A DNA stretch of 64,000 bases, taken from the IMG/VR virus record IMGVR_UViG_3300045988_160093. One strand, given 5' to 3'. The first letter of the stretch is position 1. Every line of letters begins with the position of its first letter. Source of the DNA: a virus. The translations under genes were made by a program, and so were the position numbers. A model generated the notes under the pieces. That model worked only from the letters and a program-made list of their open reading frames with translations. It searched no databases and had not been told where the DNA came from. This document shows, piece after piece, positions 59,221 through 64,000 of this stretch.

Positions 59221-59732
59221 TGGAAAAGATAAAGATAGGCAATGACATAGCGATAACTTGGAAGCTGTATGTATATTCAGCGGCAGGACTCGGAACGCTC
59301 GACAAAAGCCAGATAAGGATATTCGTGAAGAACGAATACGACACGCTGGAGATTGTGGACTTTTCTTTGGAAGACAACGTGGTCAGCTTCATATTCAAAG
59401 CAGAGATGCAGAACAGAATCGGCATCTATGAGCTGGAACTGACAGACAGGACCGAAGGAGTACGTAACATCTGCGAGCCGCACGCCTTTGCTCTTGTAAG
59501 CCATTCTACGGAAGAGGCAGGAGATACCGAAAAGTACGACAAGGACGGAAACTATATAGTAAAGCTGTCGAGCAATGTGCTGACGGTAAAAGGAGTGTCG
59601 AGCGATGCTGCGATATATGCGAGGGTTGTGGTATTAGAGAACAAAGTCACTGTTTTAGAGGATAAAGTTGCAAGTCATGAAAACTGCGCCAACACTCCGA
59701 TAACGAATGAAGAAATTGATAATTTATTTTAA
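59217..59732 (+). CDS. structural protein with coiled-coil and C-terminal EIDNLF motif
   Basis: 171 aa with a 4-nt overlap with the upstream gene. Confidence 0.55.
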   Translation: MMEKIKIGNDIAITWKLYVYSAAGLGTLDKSQIRIFVKNEYDTLEIVDFSLEDNVVSFIFKAEMQNRIGIYELELTDRTEGVRNICEPHAFALVSHSTEEAGDTEKYDKDGNYIVKLSSNVLTVKGVSSDAAIYARVVVLENKVTVLEDKVASHENCANTPITNEEIDNLF

Positions 59733-59738
59733 TAAAGT

Positions 59739-61046
59739 ATGGAAGAAAAAAAATATTTAAATGACACAGGACTTGAGCACTTGGTAAGCAAGGTTAAGTC
59801 TGCTCTATCAGAAAAGCAGGCAAAGGGAGACTATGCACAGTTGGTGAACGGCAAGGTTCCTTCAGAAATGCTGCCAGCCTATGTGGATGACGTGGTGGAA
59901 TTTGGAGGTATGCCCGACAAGGGTATCAAGATTCTACAGAACTCTACGGCTGAGTGGACAAAAGTTATTTATGACAGTAATACCAAGAAATTCTATGCTA
60001 CCAAAGGTGTAGAGGTAGAAGACAGTTCAGCTCTTACACCAGAGGGAACTGCAAAACCAAAGATCTTGGAGGTGTATAGTAACTGGTCTGAGAGAGAGAA
60101 TTTTCAGGAACTCACCACTGGTGTACCCTATTCCGGTAAAATCTACATTGACACGACAGGGAACAAGCAGTACCGTTGGAGCGGCAGCGAACTTGTGGAA
60201 ATAAGTTCGGGAGGAGTAGTACTTGGTGAAACAGACAGTACGGCATATCCCGGAAACAAGGGAGCAGCAAATGCAGAGAAGATTGAGGGTATCCTTAAAG
60301 GAGACCTTCCATTGGCATCACTGAGCATTACCCCAAGCTGGAAGGCATACACCCAGACAGGCGAGGCTCTCACTTTCCCCTCAACGTCAAACCTTTCCAC
60401 CATTTATGGTTATAAGGTGACATTTGCAGGAAAGTACAAGTGGACAAAGGATGATGCCCATAAGGCACCTACGGCAGTTGCTGGTGGAGACTGGGCAGCC
60501 AAGGCATTGCCTGCAAGTGGAGAATTCTCAGAGGAAATTACAGTGGAGAACATAACTTCTGACAGGACATTCACTGCAAAGGTATCTGCCAAGAAGCAGG
60601 GACTTGTGCTTGCAAATGGCATCATCCGTCAGGCAGACAGTACAGACCTTGACTATTCTTCTGCATCAGCAAGGGTACATTTCCAGTATAAGTGTGTTGC
60701 AGCATCAGTAACAGAAGCTGCTCCATCAGCAAGCACTCTGACAAGTCTTCTGACAAGTGTGGTAGTTCCAACACCAAGCAAGAAGTATGAGCTTCGTGAT
60801 GGCAAGTCTAAGACGGCTACAGGTGTCACTACTAACAGCACAAGCTATTATATGTATGCCTATCCGTCAGTGCTTGGCAACCTCAGCAAGATTGTGATGA
60901 ATGATGCTACTCCATTGCTTGATGGAGGCTTCAATCTCACAAAGGTCACTGTGACAGACCCAGAGACCAAGAAAGAGTTGGAATATAATGTTTATACAAG
61001 TGTGCAGCGTGGTGCTTTCACTAATGCTAAACTTGAAATGGCTTAA
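59739..61046 (+). CDS. tail fibre/spike-like protein
   Basis: 435 aa. The N-terminal MEEKKYLNDTGLEHL motif is shared with 61584..62690. Also contains GETDSTAYPGNKG. Confidence 0.55.
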   Translation: MEEKKYLNDTGLEHLVSKVKSALSEKQAKGDYAQLVNGKVPSEMLPAYVDDVVEFGGMPDKGIKILQNSTAEWTKVIYDSNTKKFYATKGVEVEDSSALTPEGTAKPKILEVYSNWSERENFQELTTGVPYSGKIYIDTTGNKQYRWSGSELVEISSGGVVLGETDSTAYPGNKGAANAEKIEGILKGDLPLASLSITPSWKAYTQTGEALTFPSTSNLSTIYGYKVTFAGKYKWTKDDAHKAPTAVAGGDWAAKALPASGEFSEEITVENITSDRTFTAKVSAKKQGLVLANGIIRQADSTDLDYSSASARVHFQYKCVAASVTEAAPSASTLTSLLTSVVVPTPSKKYELRDGKSKTATGVTTNSTSYYMYAYPSVLGNLSKIVMNDATPLLDGGFNLTKVTVTDPETKKELEYNVYTSVQRGAFTNAKLEMA

Positions 61047-61055
61047 ACAGGAGGA

Positions 61056-61544
61056 TTGAAAATGACAGTAAGAAAAGGTTTAGGACAGGCGAATATTCTT
61101 CGCACTAACAATAATACTTCAACAGGCTATGGTATTGTCTATGCAGATGAAGTAAGTGGTCACAGGACTGTGGCTAATCTCACTGCATTGTATGCTCTGA
61201 ATGACTGGCAGCTGTCTGCAAGTGGAGATAATACTGGCAGTGATGCAATAGGTCAGTTATGGTATGTGGTGGATGCTGATGGCAAGGGAAATGGTGCCCT
61301 TTATCAGTTGAAGGACTGGAGCAAAAGAAAAGAAGCTGCAGGCTGGAGTGAATTCAAGGGTACAGGTGGTGAAGTAGACCTTTCAGGTTATGCTACAACA
61401 ACAGCCTTGAATGATGCTGTAGCAGGCATTGACACCAAGCTTGCACAGAAGGTAGACACTACAGTTGCAGAGACTACTTATGTCAAGAACTCAGACTTGG
61501 CTTCATTGTCAAATGAGGAGATTGACACCTTGTGGAACGCATAA
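61056..61544 (+). CDS. fibre-associated protein with C-terminal EIDTLW motif
   Basis: 162 aa. AGGAGG lies upstream. Confidence 0.5.
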   Translation: MKMTVRKGLGQANILRTNNNTSTGYGIVYADEVSGHRTVANLTALYALNDWQLSASGDNTGSDAIGQLWYVVDADGKGNGALYQLKDWSKRKEAAGWSEFKGTGGEVDLSGYATTTALNDAVAGIDTKLAQKVDTTVAETTYVKNSDLASLSNEEIDTLWNA

Positions 61545-61583
61545 ATCAGAAACAAATATTAATCATTAATTTTTCATATTATT

Positions 61584-62690
61584 ATGGCAGAAAGAAAATA
61601 CATTACAGACGAGAACCTTAAAAGATTTGGTACAAACGTCAAGCTGGCTATCAAGGCTTCAGAGACTACTCTTGATGGCAAAATCACCAATGTTGCTAAC
61701 ATTGCAAACAATGGTGTGACAGCGGCAGCAGGAGCACTTGCAGAGGCAAAGAAGAAAATTGCAAAGGGTGCTCTTGCAACAATCAATGGTCAGTCACTTG
61801 AGAATGGTGGCAACATTGAACTTGACTTCACTGTAGCAGAGTTTGTCACTAAGCTTCCTGATGTGGCAACAGCTTCAAAGAGCAAGATTTATTTGGTGGC
61901 ATCCAGTGCAAGTGGAACCCAGAACACCTATGCTGAGTATATCAAGATAACTGTAGATGGTACAGACAAATTTGAGAAGCTTGGTGAGTATAAGGCAGAG
62001 ATGGATCTTACTCCTTATGCCAAGGCTGCAGACCTTACTGCCCATACAGGTAATAAGAGCAATCCTCATGGAGTAACCAAGACACAGATAGGTCTTGGTA
62101 ATGTGGACAATACAAGTGACAGCACCAAGGCTAACGCAGCAGGCAACCCTATCCATGATGCTATTGCACAGAAGGTAAATAATGATGCCATTGCTTCAAC
62201 TACTGCCTTGGGTCTTATCAAGGCTGGAACTACATCTGGCAAGACCTATGGTGTGAATGTAAATGCTTCTACAGGTGCAGCTACAGTAAGTGTTCCATGG
62301 ACAGACCAGAATGTTTATCAGGCAGTATTGCCAACGTCAGATGCCAATGCTTATCCTATCCTTGGTTCTGCTGAGAAGAGTCTTGCTGACGGAAAGGCAG
62401 CACAGAGTGTTTATCTCAAAGGTCTGACTTTCACTCCAAAGGGCAGTGTGCTGAGTGTAGGTACAGGTGAGATGGTGGCTGCTAAATTTACTGGTGCTCT
62501 TGAGGGCAATGCCAAGACTGCAACATCAGCAACAAGTGCAACAAAGGCAACCCAGGATGGCAATGGCAACAACATTGCAAGTACTTATCAGACACAGGCA
62601 GCGTTCAATAACTTCAAGGCTGAATTCAAGGATCTGACTCCTACAGAGATTGACAACCTGTGGGCTACTGCTCCAGATACACTTTCCTAA
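61584..62690 (+). CDS. tail fibre protein
   Basis: SNPHGVTKTQIGLGNVDNTSD is the classic phage tail-fibre repeat motif. N-terminal MAERKYITDENL and C-terminal EIDNLW. Confidence 0.7.
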   Translation: MAERKYITDENLKRFGTNVKLAIKASETTLDGKITNVANIANNGVTAAAGALAEAKKKIAKGALATINGQSLENGGNIELDFTVAEFVTKLPDVATASKSKIYLVASSASGTQNTYAEYIKITVDGTDKFEKLGEYKAEMDLTPYAKAADLTAHTGNKSNPHGVTKTQIGLGNVDNTSDSTKANAAGNPIHDAIAQKVNNDAIASTTALGLIKAGTTSGKTYGVNVNASTGAATVSVPWTDQNVYQAVLPTSDANAYPILGSAEKSLADGKAAQSVYLKGLTFTPKGSVLSVGTGEMVAAKFTGALEGNAKTATSATSATKATQDGNGNNIASTYQTQAAFNNFKAEFKDLTPTEIDNLWATAPDTLS

Positions 62691-62729
62691 GTAAGGGAGG
62701 TTACTGAGTTTACGTTTTAATTCAACAAT

Positions 62730-62767
62730 GGGAAGGAGTGTCGGATAACTGACTTCCTTCCCTTTTT
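62730..62767 (+). terminator. intrinsic terminator
   Basis: GGGAAGGAGT-12 nt-ACTTCCTTCCC followed by TTTTT. Confidence 0.7.
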
Positions 62768-62786
62768 AAATTCAAATGAAGAAACT

Positions 62787-63557
62787 ATGGCTGATATAAT
62801 AAAGATGACCAGTTCTCTGTTGGTGAGGATTTTCAGTAATATAAAGAGGGAACTTAACAAGAAGGCAAATTCAGATGATGTGGTCCTCATTGATTATATA
62901 GGACAACCAGACTGGGTAGCCTCTCTTGATGGTAGTAGCAGAGTGCCAAGAGAGAATCTTCCTGTAATGGGAGCCATCCAGGAGTTTAGAATGGGGGTGG
63001 CAAGTACTCTGAATAACAGTTCTACTAATGGATGGGACTATATTGTCTTTGACACTTCAAGGCAGAAGTTTGTAGCATATAAAGCAGGAGCATATTATTC
63101 CAATTGGTCAGACAGTGCAGACTATGTGAATAAATCTACCTTCAAACCACGTACAGATAGACTCTTTGTATGCAATACAAACGGCAAGTTCTACAGATAT
63201 TATGGTGGTAGTCTGGTAGAATGTTGCATGCCTATTACTTACTCTCCTTGGGTAAAGCAGACTAAGAATAATTCAACACATACCTTTGGCGGTATAGTAG
63301 TGGATTCTACAGGTATTGGCAGCGATGGAGCTGTTATGGAGGTATATAAGGGAGAAACTGTAGGTGACCTGACTAAATGGAAAATGAGAATTTATAACTT
63401 TGTAGATACACCATTGAAAATAGGCAGAATACCAAAAACTGGTTCTACAGATGATTCCTATTATATGCAATCCTATAAACCTGTGGCAAATAAAATGAAT
63501 ATTGTAGAGTTTTGGGCTGAAACTACAGATATTAAGATAACAGTGAAGAGGGTGTAA
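62787..63557 (+). CDS. hypothetical tail/receptor-binding candidate
   Basis: 256-aa ORF downstream of the fibre genes. Confidence 0.5.
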   Translation: MADIIKMTSSLLVRIFSNIKRELNKKANSDDVVLIDYIGQPDWVASLDGSSRVPRENLPVMGAIQEFRMGVASTLNNSSTNGWDYIVFDTSRQKFVAYKAGAYYSNWSDSADYVNKSTFKPRTDRLFVCNTNGKFYRYYGGSLVECCMPITYSPWVKQTKNNSTHTFGGIVVDSTGIGSDGAVMEVYKGETVGDLTKWKMRIYNFVDTPLKIGRIPKTGSTDDSYYMQSYKPVANKMNIVEFWAETTDIKITVKRV

Positions 63558-63562
63558 AAGAT

Positions 63563-63646
63563 ATGAGAAAGATAGAACGTATCTTCGTGCATTGCACTGC
63601 TTCTCTTCTCTGTCTTGTGGCTTACATCGCTGTGATGCAGGACTAA
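63563..63646 (+). pseudogene. 27-aa remnant resembling the N-terminus of an amidase_2-type endolysin
   Basis: MRKIERIFVHCTAS resembles the (A)IFVHCSAT start of the T7-lysozyme-type N-acetylmuramoyl-L-alanine amidase. The frame closes after 27 codons. Confidence 0.35.
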
Positions 63647-63819
63647 AAGCCGATGGGCATGGCTCGCTGCAGAGCTGATTTTTGTATAATGACATTTTTT
63701 TGTACCTTGCATAAAAAGAACGTAACATAGGGCATAACTTTTTGTTTCCGTGTGGATGATTGCCGAACTTTGCATCAAGTCCAATGGTGGACGAAACGAC
63801 ACAAACACATTTTTTTATT

Positions 63820-64000
63820 ATGGAAGCAGAGAAGATTATATGTTGTGACGGAGCGAGGAACAATGACGCTCTGGCATGGGCTACGATGGCAAACAAGGGG
63901 AACGACCCTATGGCGATGGCGGCAATGATGAACGGAGGGATGAACAACTGGAACAACTCTCCTTGGATGTACCTTATTTTCCTTGCCCTGTTCGGCGGCA
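63820..64000 (+). CDS. partial ORF running off the window (small membrane protein, holin-like position)
   Basis: MEAEKIICCDGARNNDALAWATMANKGNDPMAMAAMMNGGMNNWNNSPWMYLIFLALFGG... The hydrophobic segment starts at the window edge. Confidence 0.4.
   Translation, partial: MEAEKIICCDGARNNDALAWATMANKGNDPMAMAAMMNGGMNNWNNSPWMYLIFLALFGG

Noticed and set aside
63273-63956. 227-aa minus-strand ORF at the right edge
   Set aside because: It overlaps the end of 62787..63557, the lysin-like remnant and the plus-strand ORF starting at 63820. Its sequence is Phe/Ile/Cys/His-rich with no context, so the plus-strand features are preferred.
1-64000. Search for a diversity-generating retroelement, CRISPR array, toxin-antitoxin pair, or recognisable tail tube, sheath, tape-measure, DNA polymerase or primase genes
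   Set aside because: None could be supported from motifs visible by eye. Their absence may reflect divergence or their location outside the window, so no claim is made.

Overview
This window appears to be one contiguous stretch of a temperate dsDNA phage of a Bacteroidota host, in the unintegrated configuration. The host call rests on many matches to the -7 TAnnTTTG promoter box and a Bacteroides-type tyrosine integrase. The unintegrated call rests on phage genes flanking the integrase and candidate attP on both sides. Positions 1-31 kb hold early, accessory and regulatory genes, mostly on the minus strand. These include a MazG-like enzyme, YopX, a recombination module (SbcC/Rad50-like ATPase, RecT, MBL-fold hydrolase, NinB-like, NinG, and a protein with an SSB-type acidic tail), three tRNA-like genes in a 1.3-kb ORF-poor locus, a divergent HTH immunity switch with operator repeats, integrase plus arm-type repeats, a Rha/KilAC antirepressor, PcfJ/PcfK/PcfM-like genes, and three paralogous HTH-CPHC regulators in a segmental duplication. 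An ORF-free, compositionally odd region (30.7-31.66 kb) precedes the virion half. That half contains two translationally coupled low-complexity proteins and a 4950-aa polyvalent protein carrying SNF2-type helicase, N6-adenine methyltransferase, HExxH zincin and protein-kinase-like domains plus glycine-zipper/TM segments. It also contains a minus-strand packaging block (portal, TerL, and an embedded minimal rhomboid protease) and a plus-strand scaffold/capsid/fibre block. The most unusual items are the giant injected-effector-like protein with a kinase-like module, the rhomboid inside the head operon alongside structural proteins that carry small-residue TM helices, a plus-strand promoter/terminator/inverted-repeat switch around a 39-aa basic ORF (7.2-7.6 kb), and the 82-83-nt non-canonical tRNA-like genes. 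All domain calls come from motif recognition by eye; no searches or folding programs were run.
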